A stretch of 64,000 bases of DNA from Candidatus Helarchaeota archaeon (GCA_019058315.1 JAHPZH010000001.1:407536-471535), one strand, 5' to 3'; shown: positions 9,246-19,878, counted from the first letter of the stretch. Notes: generated by a model not told the origin, from the sequence alone. Made by a program: numbers and translations.

Positions 9246-11516
9246 ATGGGAAAAAAAGCGGCTGTCGGCCTTATTATAATAATAGGCGTAGCTGGTGGTA
9301 TAGCTGGATGGTATTTCTTTCTACGACCAAAAGGTGCTGACTATTCCGGACTTTTACTCTTACCTCTCCTTCTCCCAGAGCTTCCAACACCCCCGGTAAA
9401 AGTAGATAGTTCTATCGTCGCAGACCTAAAGCATGGAGTTGGTATATTTGTTGGCGATTATACTTTAAAAAACTTCGATAGTAGTATTGTTCCTACTTTT
9501 CCTGATTTTGAAATTCCTTTATTAGGTACACTTAAGGTTCAAAATACAACTTTAGTAACTAATCCAATTTCTGTTACTGGAAGTTTCACATATATAAATC
9601 TGTTTGAAGATGCTTCACTCACAATGACGAATGTTAGTTACCCAAACTTAGAAATCAATTGTTTCGGCGATTCCGTACTGTTAGTCGACAATTGTACTAT
9701 TGGTGCAATCTATGCTCGAGAAAACTCCAAAGTGACTGTTAAGAATTCTACAGTGGGAGCTATTTACGATGCTGATCTTACCACTTTAACAGTTTATGAA
9801 GTACTAGATGTAGAATTTGAAGGAATTACCAGTAAAATAAAAATTTTAAATAATACAATGGTGTCTACTGTTATAATAAAAGCTGGAGCAGATGCTGAAA
9901 TAGATAGTAGTATAATTGGATATATGCTTGCTGAAAGTCCCGAATCTGATAAACCAGCGATCTTAAACATCACAGGCTCAACAATCGGATCTAACATTAC
10001 CTTAGGTGCATCTACAGATGCAACACTTAACGCTGTAGTTGTTGCTCAAACACTAAGATTAGAAGCTGATGCTATAGGAAGAGTAACTTCTCTAACTGCT
10101 ACATTAGTTGAGGTTGTTCAAGGAGCACAATGCCTTTTAATTAATTCTGTAGTTGGAACATTAAATTATGGTATTGTATGTGCTGCACTAACAACAACTG
10201 TTAATGCTTTTGTTGCTACGGGTGCTGGCTACCAAAATAATACGGTGTTAGCGGGTACTACTACAATTCCAGAGATAAATAAACATCTTGTTTCTGTTTT
10301 AGCAATAAACAATGCAATTGCAAATATTATTAATTGTCCAGGCCTTGATAGCGTAATGGCTGCTAATTTCGGAAACGTGTCAATGAGTTATTCACTCGCA
10401 ATATACGTTATCGGTAAAGATTCATCCATCTTTAATATTCAATTATCATCTATAATAACTCTAGTTACATTTGATCAATCTAATGTGACAATGGATCAAG
10501 TCACTGTTATAGGAACGACGATAAGTGTTAGTATTGGAGGTACTAGTATAGGTTTTCCAGTAGGAATAATAACATCAGATAATTCAATAGTGAATATGCA
10601 AAATTCGACTGCTTATGCTCTAACTGGTGGTGATTCGTCACAATTATACTTGGATAATATTACAATAAATCTACTTTTAGATATTGAAACGACAGGAATT
10701 GTCCAAGTAACAAATACATTAGGTGGCAATACAATTCTAGCTTTAGAAGTAGGTATAGGAACTCAAGGTGGTCCCGTTGGTAATGTGTTAATCCAAGGTG
10801 CAAAGATTGCACAAGCAACAGTAAAAGGATCAGCAGTCACCAGTTTTGTAACATGTGACTTTTCAACAGGAATATTATTAGAAGGAATCATAGTTTCATC
10901 AGGTACAGTCTTATTAACCGCTGGAGTCCAAACAAGTGGTACAAGTTCAAATTATACAACACTTGATGGTGCTACAAAAGCATCTTTAATTACAGGATTA
11001 AATAGGTTTATAGGTTACGTAGAAGTAAACAATTCAGCAATATTGAATATGGTTAATTATCAGTGGTCTACTCCAATAGGAATATCTGCAGTTAATGTTT
11101 CAATAGATATGTATCATAATTCACAAGCCAATCTACAAAATGCATCATTGGGTTTAGTATTTATGTTTAACAGCTCCTCAGCTAATATGGCTAATTGTAC
11201 AATTCAACCTCCTATCACTGCTTTATATGCCTTAGTAGTTGTTCATGAAGCCTCAGTTCAATGTTCTCTAGGGACAATAATTACATTATTCCTTGTTGGT
11301 AGGGAAAATGCTCAATCAGCATATTCTATTACCTGTTCAAACTCAATTCTTGGTTTAGGCTTTGTGGTTGGGTATGCTAAAATTCAATGTACTACTTGTT
11401 CTGTTGGTATTGTGGAATGTGTCGCAGGAGCAGATACTCTTGCTTATGCTGTAGAATTACTTGCCGGAACTCAAGCATCCCAAGTAAATGCAAGAAGTTG
11501 GGGACCTCTAGCTTAA
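9246..11516 (+). CDS. Membrane-anchored extracellular beta-solenoid (parallel beta-helix-like) protein
   Basis: N-terminal TM, recurring '.s.v.i.ns.i..i' coils, many N-x-S/T sequons, very few charged residues. Confidence 0.65.
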   Translation: MGKKAAVGLIIIIGVAGGIAGWYFFLRPKGADYSGLLLLPLLLPELPTPPVKVDSSIVADLKHGVGIFVGDYTLKNFDSSIVPTFPDFEIPLLGTLKVQNTTLVTNPISVTGSFTYINLFEDASLTMTNVSYPNLEINCFGDSVLLVDNCTIGAIYARENSKVTVKNSTVGAIYDADLTTLTVYEVLDVEFEGITSKIKILNNTMVSTVIIKAGADAEIDSSIIGYMLAESPESDKPAILNITGSTIGSNITLGASTDATLNAVVVAQTLRLEADAIGRVTSLTATLVEVVQGAQCLLINSVVGTLNYGIVCAALTTTVNAFVATGAGYQNNTVLAGTTTIPEINKHLVSVLAINNAIANIINCPGLDSVMAANFGNVSMSYSLAIYVIGKDSSIFNIQLSSIITLVTFDQSNVTMDQVTVIGTTISVSIGGTSIGFPVGIITSDNSIVNMQNSTAYALTGGDSSQLYLDNITINLLLDIETTGIVQVTNTLGGNTILALEVGIGTQGGPVGNVLIQGAKIAQATVKGSAVTSFVTCDFSTGILLEGIIVSSGTVLLTAGVQTSGTSSNYTTLDGATKASLITGLNRFIGYVEVNNSAILNMVNYQWSTPIGISAVNVSIDMYHNSQANLQNASLGLVFMFNSSSANMANCTIQPPITALYALVVVHEASVQCSLGTIITLFLVGRENAQSAYSITCSNSILGLGFVVGYAKIQCTTCSVGIVECVAGADTLAYAVELLAGTQASQVNARSWGPLA

Positions 11517-11519
11517 TAC

Positions 11520-11539
11520 TTTTTTTTATTTTTTTTTTT
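11520..11539 (+). terminator. Oligo-T tract, probable archaeal terminator
   Basis: T8-A-T11 immediately after the stop at 11516. Confidence 0.55.
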
Positions 11540-11614
11540 AATAAGCATAATATAACTTTTTTAATTAAAGCCATATTTTCGTTGTAGCCATATGTCGTTG
11601 TGAATTATTCTATG

Positions 11615-12634
11615 TCAAGATTTAGCAATAATATAACTAAATAATGTAATACTTGAAAAAATTCCAATTGCATAAGCAATATTAAACGAAGGTATCACGA
11701 TATTTACATTTACAAATAGAAATATTATCGTAGCAATGATTAAAATTACAATTAGAGATAATAACAACAATAATCGCTCTATAGTCGTATATGGTTTATT
11801 ATCTGCTGAGAAGACTCTTAACCATAAAATGAATATAATTCCCATGAGAGGAAGAAATAAAATTAGAATGAAAGTAAAGGGGAATAATAATATTCCACTT
11901 AATTGATCCCTTACATCTTCAACATCTGTTTTATAACGTTCATATTCTGCAGCATAGACAGTTCCGTAATTTTTTCGGATCCTTGTTTGATAACTTTTCC
12001 AAAGGGAGTATTTGAAGTTTCCAAACTTTCCTTTTATTTTCTCCCATAAGCATTCTTCATCAAGAGGACAATATTGACTTCGAATAATAGGAATTAAGTA
12101 CACTTGAATAATTAAGGACCATAAACCGAACAATAAACCAGCTAATTCTTCAAGGAATCTAAAAATATCCGAAAAAAAAGTTGATTGTCCGAAAATAATC
12201 TGTATTATGCGAGTTAATTCCTCAAAAAATCTTATTAATTGGTCAAAAAATGTTATTGGTTGATAAGTTATTCCAACAAAAAGATTATATATTCCATATC
12301 CACAAATAGCAGCTGCAAAAATAATCAGAATAATTTTAAGAATACTAACTCTTTTTTTATGCCCTTTAATTGTATTTGAAAAAATCTTAAAAAAGAATAC
12401 ACAGATGGTTCCAAAAGTTATACTTATGCCCAAACCCGCTATAACTTTCATTGTTATTCCTGATACTATTATTAAGATCATTATGAATGATTCTTCAAAT
12501 AATGCTCTCAAACTCCAGTTGCTTAATCCCAAAATTAATAAAAATAAGCCCGAACCAACTGATAAGCTAATAATATAACTTAATAATAAATTATCTGCTA
12601 TTTTTTTGCTAAATTTTTGAATATAAGTATACAT
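11615..12634 (-). CDS. Polytopic membrane protein of unknown function
   Basis: About 7 hydrophobic segments, 339 aa. Confidence 0.7.
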   Translation of the reverse strand: MYTYIQKFSKKIADNLLLSYIISLSVGSGLFLLILGLSNWSLRALFEESFIMILIIVSGITMKVIAGLGISITFGTICVFFFKIFSNTIKGHKKRVSILKIILIIFAAAICGYGIYNLFVGITYQPITFFDQLIRFFEELTRIIQIIFGQSTFFSDIFRFLEELAGLLFGLWSLIIQVYLIPIIRSQYCPLDEECLWEKIKGKFGNFKYSLWKSYQTRIRKNYGTVYAAEYERYKTDVEDVRDQLSGILLFPFTFILILFLPLMGIIFILWLRVFSADNKPYTTIERLLLLLSLIVILIIATIIFLFVNVNIVIPSFNIAYAIGIFSSITLFSYIIAKS

Positions 12635-12746
12635 ATTTAACCCAAATTTTATATTTTAATAATTAATTAAACAGTTGAAATTACATTAAATATCAGAAAT
12701 TATAAAAAGTTTTTAATAAACTTACCAAAATGAGCTGAATTCAAAT

Positions 12747-13637
12747 TTGCCAGAATTTAACTTTTCACAGTTAGAATTTGCTGATAATATTGAATTTGTT
12801 ATCCTTGGTATACCTCTCGATTGTACTTCTGCAAAACCAACGGATAGTAGAAATGCTCCAAATAAAATTCGCGAAGTTTCTAATCAATTTGCAGATTATT
12901 CTGAGCTAGAATTTGATTTAAATGAAGCTTTGATTTATGATGCAGGTGATATCGAACTTACAAATAAGAAAATAGATTTGGATTTAGATTTAAAAGAGAT
13001 CGATAAAAAACTCAATTCATTTAAAAATGCAAAAAATATTTGTTTTGTAAATCTAGGTGGAGATCATTTTATTACTTATCCTGTTATACAAAACTTGGCA
13101 AAAATACATAAAAATTTGGGATTAATTTCCTTTGATGCTCATTTAGATTTGTATAATAAATGGAATGAATCCTCTTTTTCAAATGCAACAGTAATAAGAA
13201 GAATATGCGAATTACCAAATTTTGATTTAATAAATTTGATTTTTGTAGGAGTTCGAGATATAGATCTAGAAGAGCTTGACTTTGCTAAAGAAAAACAACT
13301 TAAAATGATAAAATCACATGAAATTAACCAATTAAATTTAATCTCGATATTAAGTGAAAAAATTGAAAATATGAAAAATAATAATATTAAGGATCTTTAT
13401 GTATCGATTGATATAGATGTATTAGATCTTCCATATGCTCCAGGAACGGGTTATAAAATTCCAGGGGGATTAAATTATCGTTCAGTTTGGGAAGGTTTAA
13501 AAATTATTGCAGAAAATTTCAATATTGTTGGATTTGACTTGGTAGAAGTTGCGCCTAGCTTGGATATTGGAAACTTAACCTCTATTCATGCTTCTAGACT
13601 AATTTTAGAATTCATTGGAATGATAAAAAATTATTAG
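12747..13637 (+). CDS. speB: Agmatinase / ureohydrolase
   Basis: GGDHFIT, DAHLD, SIDIDVLD..APGTG..PGG, DLVEVAP. Confidence 0.85.
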   Translation: MPEFNFSQLEFADNIEFVILGIPLDCTSAKPTDSRNAPNKIREVSNQFADYSELEFDLNEALIYDAGDIELTNKKIDLDLDLKEIDKKLNSFKNAKNICFVNLGGDHFITYPVIQNLAKIHKNLGLISFDAHLDLYNKWNESSFSNATVIRRICELPNFDLINLIFVGVRDIDLEELDFAKEKQLKMIKSHEINQLNLISILSEKIENMKNNNIKDLYVSIDIDVLDLPYAPGTGYKIPGGLNYRSVWEGLKIIAENFNIVGFDLVEVAPSLDIGNLTSIHASRLILEFIGMIKNY

Positions 13638-13660
13638 TTTTAAATGAAGTCCTTTGTTTT

Positions 13661-14392
13661 CTATTCCCATCCAATAGCATTTTTGTACCAGTCTGGCATA
13701 GTAATACTAATATACATTATAATTGCATAGATGAGAAATCCTAAACGCACAAATAGTGATATAATATCAAAAAATCCTAAAAGTTCAAAAATAAATGAAA
13801 TTGTAATAATAATTTGGGCAATTCCCATGGTTGCAATACGCAATGCACCTGGTCGTGCTTTATTAATGTTCCTATTTGAATAAATTAGGAATACTAATAT
13901 AGGAATGGCTATTAATGGGAGTAAAAATGGCATTGCAATTAAAAAAACATAATCTGGATAAACAAGATCTCCATTTATTACAGGACTTGGTTGATTAATT
14001 AAAAACCATATGGATAAGAAAATTAAATCTAGAATTACTATAAAAGTAAGCTTTTTAACTTCATCTGGGTATGTCATTTCAAATGAAAACATGTCGAATA
14101 ATGCAACAACTACAAAACTGAAAATTATAGCCATGTTATTAAATAAAAATCTTGTAAATTGATTGTTAGAAGTAAACAATACTATACGATTAGAACCCAA
14201 AAATACTAAAGCAGTACCTAGAAAAATAAAGATTAAGACAAATAGCAGAATACTTCTTTCTTTATTCTCTTTATATTTAAAAGATACTTTTATTGTTAAA
14301 ATAAAAGAAAATAATGCAGCGACAAAAATTTCAATAATACTGATTAATTCAACTGGATTAAATTGAATTATTTGAATAGTAGGTAGAACCAT
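13661..14392 (-). CDS. Seven-TM membrane protein of unknown function
   Basis: Seven hydrophobic helices, ends MPDWYKNAIGWE. Confidence 0.7.
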   Translation of the reverse strand: MVLPTIQIIQFNPVELISIIEIFVAALFSFILTIKVSFKYKENKERSILLFVLIFIFLGTALVFLGSNRIVLFTSNNQFTRFLFNNMAIIFSFVVVALFDMFSFEMTYPDEVKKLTFIVILDLIFLSIWFLINQPSPVINGDLVYPDYVFLIAMPFLLPLIAIPILVFLIYSNRNINKARPGALRIATMGIAQIIITISFIFELLGFFDIISLFVRLGFLIYAIIMYISITMPDWYKNAIGWE

Positions 14393-14657
14393 TTTAACAC
14401 CTAGAAAAAATTCATTTAATTACTATTACATCAAATTTTTTAATGGTATTATATTTACCATTTTTGTTTTATAAGTTTGTGTAACTGGAATAATTTTGGC
14501 TTGTTTAAATTTCAGATCTTTAAATTTTTACTTCTCATAAAGACATACCAATCTTATAAAATAAATTAATATACTAGTATTAAAATCCAATCATTTCCGA
14601 CAAAATTAACTAATTTTTAAGAATGTTTTCAGTATTAAGGATATTTGGTGATAAATT

Positions 14658-15821
14658 TTGGGTAGTTTTTCTAAATTGGCAATATTAGGAGCACAATCAA
14701 AATATGATGTATCTAATTCCGCATTTTCAAATGTTTCTAATACATTAAATAATATGGAAAGGTTACCCCCGGGATGTTGCAAACTATTATTACCAAATGG
14801 GGGGTTTATTAGTGTTCTAAAAGTTCTTTTTTCTAATAAATGTATTCATGATTGCAAATATTGCTTTAATTCTACCCAAAGTTTTCAAAAAAAGCTATGT
14901 TTTGAAAGTCAAGAGCTAGCTAAAGTATTCATGAATTTACATATGAGAAAATATGTCAAAGGTTTATTCTTAAGTTCCGCAGTTGTTAGAAATGCAGAAA
15001 AAACAATGGAACAGATGATTGAAACTGTAGAGATATTGAGAAGCCCCAAATATAATTTTGGGGGATATATTCATTTAAAAGTCTTACCCGGAACTCCCTA
15101 TGATCTAGTAAAACGCGGAGCGGTGGTCGTAGATAGAATGAGTGTAAATTTGGAAGCTCCTAATAAATCTCGATTTTTGGAGCTAAGTTCTACAAAAAAT
15201 TATAAGTCTGATATTCTTACAAGATTGAGATGGCTTGGTGAATTAAAGAATGAAAAAGGGTTCATCCGTTCTGGTCATACAACCCAATTTGTAGTTGGAG
15301 CAAGTGATGAATCCGATAAAGAGCTTTTAAGAACTTCAAATATGTTATATACTAAATTTAATTTAAATCGTGCTTATTATTCCGCTTTTGAACCTATTAG
15401 GGATACTGCACTCGAAAATCATCCACCTACGCCAACAATTCGCCAGCACCGACTTTATCAAACTGACTGGCTTCTTCGAATTTATGGTTTTAATTTCAAG
15501 GAGATTAATTTGGCATTTGAAGATGATGAAAATTTGCCTTTGGATAAAGATCCCAAAATTCTAATTGCAAGACAAAATAAGGAATTATTTCCATTAGAAA
15601 TAAATGAGGCATCTTATGAAGACCTTCTTCGAGTTCCTGGAATAGGACCAAATACAGCTAGAAAAATTGTTACATACCGAAATTCTGTAAAAAAATTCAA
15701 AAAATTAAATCAACTAAAAAGAACTGGCGTCATTTTAAAAAGAGCCTTACCCTATATTAAAATTCAAGGGAAATTTCAAAAAAATTTAAAGGATTTTATT
15801 AATAATACTGCAAGATTTTAA
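14658..15821 (+). CDS. Putative DNA modification/repair radical SAM protein with HhH domain (TIGR03916-like)
   Basis: CIHDCKYC, GLFLSS, GYIHLK, TQFVVGA, RLYQTDWLLRIYGF, LLRVPGIG. Confidence 0.9.
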   Translation: MGSFSKLAILGAQSKYDVSNSAFSNVSNTLNNMERLPPGCCKLLLPNGGFISVLKVLFSNKCIHDCKYCFNSTQSFQKKLCFESQELAKVFMNLHMRKYVKGLFLSSAVVRNAEKTMEQMIETVEILRSPKYNFGGYIHLKVLPGTPYDLVKRGAVVVDRMSVNLEAPNKSRFLELSSTKNYKSDILTRLRWLGELKNEKGFIRSGHTTQFVVGASDESDKELLRTSNMLYTKFNLNRAYYSAFEPIRDTALENHPPTPTIRQHRLYQTDWLLRIYGFNFKEINLAFEDDENLPLDKDPKILIARQNKELFPLEINEASYEDLLRVPGIGPNTARKIVTYRNSVKKFKKLNQLKRTGVILKRALPYIKIQGKFQKNLKDFINNTARF

Positions 15822-15864
15822 AACTATTTTCGAATTTTAATATTTATAAAAAGAAGAAATCAAT

Positions 15865-16407
15865 TTATTCTTTTTGTTTTGCTTCTTCTTGTGCAATCAA
15901 CACATTAGATAACGCCTTGAATGCCTCTTCAACATTTTGCCCAGTCAAAGCCGAAGTTTCTAAAAAACGAAATGCGCTTACCCGTCCTCCGAGCTCATTT
16001 CCTTCATATGAATCTACACGTTTGAGATTTGCAGGCATATCATTTTTATTTGCAACTAAAATCACGGGAACTTTTTCTTCTTTACAAAAATTCTTAAAGT
16101 CAGGGAACCAATAATCTTCAATATGTTTAAAGGTAATAGGTCTTGAAACATCGTAAACCATAATACAACCAGAAGAACCTTGATAATAAACATGGCGCAT
16201 ATCTGTCCATCTTTCCTGACCGGCAATATCCCAAAGTGTTAAATTTATTTTATTTTTCGCTAACTTAACTGTCTTACGCAATATATTCGTCCCTATGGTC
16301 TCCTTATAATCTGCTTCAAAGGTGTCTTGAATAAATCTGTTTATTAAACTGGTCTTACCTACGGCAGGATCGCCTATAACGATAATCTTAAAAACATATT
16401 CAGACAT
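15865..16407 (-). CDS. Rab-like small GTPase (Ras superfamily)
   Basis: G1 GDPAVGKT, G2 TIG, G3 WDIAGQE, G4 NKND, G5 ETSAL. No C-terminal prenylation Cys. Confidence 0.95.
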   Translation of the reverse strand: MSEYVFKIIVIGDPAVGKTSLINRFIQDTFEADYKETIGTNILRKTVKLAKNKINLTLWDIAGQERWTDMRHVYYQGSSGCIMVYDVSRPITFKHIEDYWFPDFKNFCKEEKVPVILVANKNDMPANLKRVDSYEGNELGGRVSAFRFLETSALTGQNVEEAFKALSNVLIAQEEAKQKE

Positions 16408-16648
16408 TTTCCACTTTCTCCTTCAAATTTTCCTCAATTCTTTGAAAATGGTTGAAATTTTTATTTTAAAGTATTTTCTCAATTAATAGATATGATATAT
16501 TATTAGACATTTCTCAGTCTTTATTAAATTAGTGGTATTGTTGAGAGTAAGTTAATGTATCAAATTTGTAATAATTTTGATTTATGAAAGGTTTAATTTA
16601 ATTTTAAATCTTAAATTAAAATATTTTTATAGGAATGGGCGATTTTTA

Positions 16649-17527
16649 ATGATTCTTATAATTGGTTATCCAACAACTTATGAATCCATGAGATTAAAGG
16701 AAGAATTGACAAAAAAAAATCTTAATTTTAAAATGATTCGCTGGCAAGACATAGTATTGCCCTTTAAGGAAATACCAGAACTATGTTTGATACGTGGATC
16801 CGTAGATTTAGATATTCATTTCGCAGTTCCTTACATGGAAACTATAATAGAAGAATTAGAACGAATGGGTTGTATAACTATTCCCCCAATCAAAATGATT
16901 ACAAAATGTGATAAAGCCACGACTTATCTTTTATGGAAAAAATATCTAAAAAATGTAATCAAAATGCCAGAATCAATTATTACTGTTAATATTGAAAAAG
17001 GAATTCAATTTCTTGAAAATAAAAAAATCGTCGTGTTCAAACCCATGGTTGGAGGGTTGGGGAGAGGTGTAGAATTAATAAAAGAAGATGAGATAGAAAA
17101 ATTAGAGAATCTTGTTAAAAAATTTGGAATCATCTTTCTGCAAGAGTTTATCCCAAATAGGGACTATGATATTAGAACGGTTTTTATTGGAGACGAATTT
17201 ATTTCTCAATATATCAGGTATAATCCATCTGATTTCCGCAATAATATTCATCTTGGGGGATTAGGAAAAACAATTGAACAAATGGAAGAAAAAGATCCAG
17301 AAATCATACATTTTTGCGAGAAATCGGAGGAACTTGCATATTATTTGAAAGCCGTAGTTAAATTCAATATGTTTGGAATTGATACAATCCCCTCCAAGGA
17401 TGGTGAGTTGTATTTTCTTGAAATAAATCCCTTTTTCGGATTCCAAGGGATGGATAACACAAATAATACAGATGTAGCCAAAATTATGGTCGAATTTATA
17501 ATACGAACACTTAATAATTCTCATTAA
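16649..17527 (+). CDS. RimK/LysX-family ATP-grasp ligase
   Basis: CDK..T, VFKPMVGGLGRGV, LQEFIP..DYDIR, FRNNIHLGG, LEINP..GF. ATG at 16649 preferred over TTG at 16577. Confidence 0.85.
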   Translation: MILIIGYPTTYESMRLKEELTKKNLNFKMIRWQDIVLPFKEIPELCLIRGSVDLDIHFAVPYMETIIEELERMGCITIPPIKMITKCDKATTYLLWKKYLKNVIKMPESIITVNIEKGIQFLENKKIVVFKPMVGGLGRGVELIKEDEIEKLENLVKKFGIIFLQEFIPNRDYDIRTVFIGDEFISQYIRYNPSDFRNNIHLGGLGKTIEQMEEKDPEIIHFCEKSEELAYYLKAVVKFNMFGIDTIPSKDGELYFLEINPFFGFQGMDNTNNTDVAKIMVEFIIRTLNNSH

Positions 17528-17540
17528 TTGGAGGGATTTC

Positions 17541-18425
17541 TTGAAAAAAATCGCAATTCTATGTAACTCAAAATTGTATTCAAATTATTCAAATAAAATT
17601 AAATCCGCTTTAGAGGCTAAAAACGTTCAAGTTGAGATATTCTATAGTGATTCATTAGATATAAATAATGAAAAATTTTTTGAATTTGACTTAATTTATT
17701 CCAGACTGAGCGGTTTAAAGTGGACCTATGAAATAATGTCTCAAATTGGAATTAATGGTCTAGATCTTATTCCTAATTTAGAATATTATAGAATATCGCA
17801 GAATAAATATATATCCACTGTAATCACTCAAAAATTTGGGATAAAGACCCCAAAAACCCATTTGATTTCTACTAATCCAAAATTTTTAGATGAGAATTTT
17901 GAAATTGCAAAAAAAATAGGTTTTCCAGTTGTAATCAAACCTCTTTATAGTTCATTAGGTGGAAAACTATGTTTCAAGATTGAAGACAAAAACGACTTAA
18001 GGAGTGGTTTGGTAAGTTTATTTAAATGCTACCAAGAAGGGAGCGATCTAATCGGGACATACGATTATGGTATTATTCAAAAATTTATCAATTATGATAA
18101 ATTAGTAAGATCCGTTGTTATTGATGGAAATACAGTTGTCTGTGGTTACGATACTCCTAAGAACAATTGGAAATGTTCAGTTTGTTTAAATCCTAATATC
18201 CAAAAATGTGAAACAGAAATGATTTCTGAATTGAAACAATTTAATAAGGCAATTTTTAATGCCTTTAAAGGGGAAATAATGATCGTCGATGTATTTGAAA
18301 CTGTTAAAGGGTTTATATTTAATGAATCTAATACTGCATGCGGTCTATTCAATCTTGAACAAGTTTCAGGAGTAAACTGTGCAGAAATTATAGCAAAATT
18401 TCTAATTAAAAAATTAATAAAATAA
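17541..18425 (+). CDS. Second RimK-family ATP-grasp ligase
   Basis: NK, GIKTPKT, GFPVVIKP...GG, IIQKFI, VDVFE, FNESN. Confidence 0.8.
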   Translation: MKKIAILCNSKLYSNYSNKIKSALEAKNVQVEIFYSDSLDINNEKFFEFDLIYSRLSGLKWTYEIMSQIGINGLDLIPNLEYYRISQNKYISTVITQKFGIKTPKTHLISTNPKFLDENFEIAKKIGFPVVIKPLYSSLGGKLCFKIEDKNDLRSGLVSLFKCYQEGSDLIGTYDYGIIQKFINYDKLVRSVVIDGNTVVCGYDTPKNNWKCSVCLNPNIQKCETEMISELKQFNKAIFNAFKGEIMIVDVFETVKGFIFNESNTACGLFNLEQVSGVNCAEIIAKFLIKKLIK

Positions 18426-18488
18426 TTTAGTTATTAATTATCTTAAAAATATAGAATTATTTTCAAGCTACTTTATGGTGTTTAAATT

Positions 18489-19349
18489 ATGGTCACTTTT
18501 CATATTTTGGAGGAAGATTTCGAATTTTACAAAACTAGTGGTCTGAGTTTAACGAGTATTGTAATTATTTCTTGGTTTGTTTATGCTTTATTTAGTGAAA
18601 ATTACATAGGACATCAATTTTTTAATAATTTAGGTTATATTTTTGTCCCAGTTCTTCGTCCTGACTTTATTATATATTTAGCTGTAGTTCCGATAATGAC
18701 AACGTTTTGGAATATTATTTTTCAATCCAGATATCGGATAAAATATGTGGTCAAATCATACCCAATAATGTACATGATGACTCCATTTTTCCTTGATAAT
18801 TTCTATTTTTTATTAAATCACGTTCCTCCTGAGTCATTTATTGAGATACAATTTGTATTTATTTCCAATCCAACAGTATTCACATATCAACTTCTTACAG
18901 TTTTTTATTTACTTATGGGTTTTATCGTTTTATTTTGGGCGAGTGAAATCTGGCATGTTCTACTTGCGATGGCGTTCGCAATTGGTGAATTTAGTAGCTT
19001 ACTAATAGCTCCAATATTAGAATCTCAAATTATGGGGACTGTGATATTGATATATTCAACAAAACCCATTATTGGATTTTTATTGGGAAATCAATTAAAA
19101 AATTGGTATATTTCGTTTGAAAGAAATTCGGGACTCTATCTTACAGTCTATTTCATGTTGGTTTTAATTGTATCGATAATGATGGTTTATTTTAAATATA
19201 AATTAGGCTCAAACTGGTGGCAGAAAAGACCAATAGACGTTTCTTCTTCTAAACTTATAAGATTTATCAAAATTGTTGAAGTCCCGATGCCAGAAGAGAG
19301 AAATTATAAGATATTTCAAAAAGAAAAAGGTAAAACATCTAAAAAATAA
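18489..19349 (+). CDS. Polytopic membrane protein of unknown function
   Basis: Multiple hydrophobic segments. Confidence 0.65.
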   Translation: MVTFHILEEDFEFYKTSGLSLTSIVIISWFVYALFSENYIGHQFFNNLGYIFVPVLRPDFIIYLAVVPIMTTFWNIIFQSRYRIKYVVKSYPIMYMMTPFFLDNFYFLLNHVPPESFIEIQFVFISNPTVFTYQLLTVFYLLMGFIVLFWASEIWHVLLAMAFAIGEFSSLLIAPILESQIMGTVILIYSTKPIIGFLLGNQLKNWYISFERNSGLYLTVYFMLVLIVSIMMVYFKYKLGSNWWQKRPIDVSSSKLIRFIKIVEVPMPEERNYKIFQKEKGKTSKK

Positions 19350-19387
19350 GACGAAAAGGTATACTTTGTGTAAATAAATATGTAGGC

Positions 19388-19822
19388 TTGATGAACATGA
19401 CATCAGTAATTAAAAGCATGGTGATTGTTCGATATTACCGGGATGACCGCCCTTGGGATTTAAAACTTGTGAAGAACCCAAAATGGGAAGATGTGGAATC
19501 GGCAATTCGGCAGATGGATAACTACTGTTTTCCGATTGTCTTGCTCAGCCTTCTAGAATTCGATAATGGCGAGGATGTATTTGGGGATGATGACGCCTTC
19601 AATATAATTGGAGCTGCCGACAAATGTGCGTTGTTTCACATGATACATGATTGGAGATACGAAGATCCAGATGGTGATACTTCAGAGGTACGCCTTTGGG
19701 AGAGTGATCAAGGGTACTACTGTCAAGAGCGACATGTCCTCCGGGATATCGAGAAAGCACTCCGAATAATCAAGGCGTTTTACGATACTGGTTCCTACGA
19801 AGATCTTGACTCCATTAAATAA
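19388..19822 (+). CDS. Acidic hypothetical protein, Imm1-like immunity protein candidate
   Basis: NPKWEDVESAIRQMD and C-terminal LRDIEKALRIIKAFYDTG resemble Imm1. DNA visibly GC-richer than flanks. Confidence 0.5.
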   Translation: MMNMTSVIKSMVIVRYYRDDRPWDLKLVKNPKWEDVESAIRQMDNYCFPIVLLSLLEFDNGEDVFGDDDAFNIIGAADKCALFHMIHDWRYEDPDGDTSEVRLWESDQGYYCQERHVLRDIEKALRIIKAFYDTGSYEDLDSIK

Positions 19823-19878
19823 GAAAGTTGAGTGTTGCCTCAAAAAGATAAAAGCAAAACTCCCAAAAAATAAGTTAA

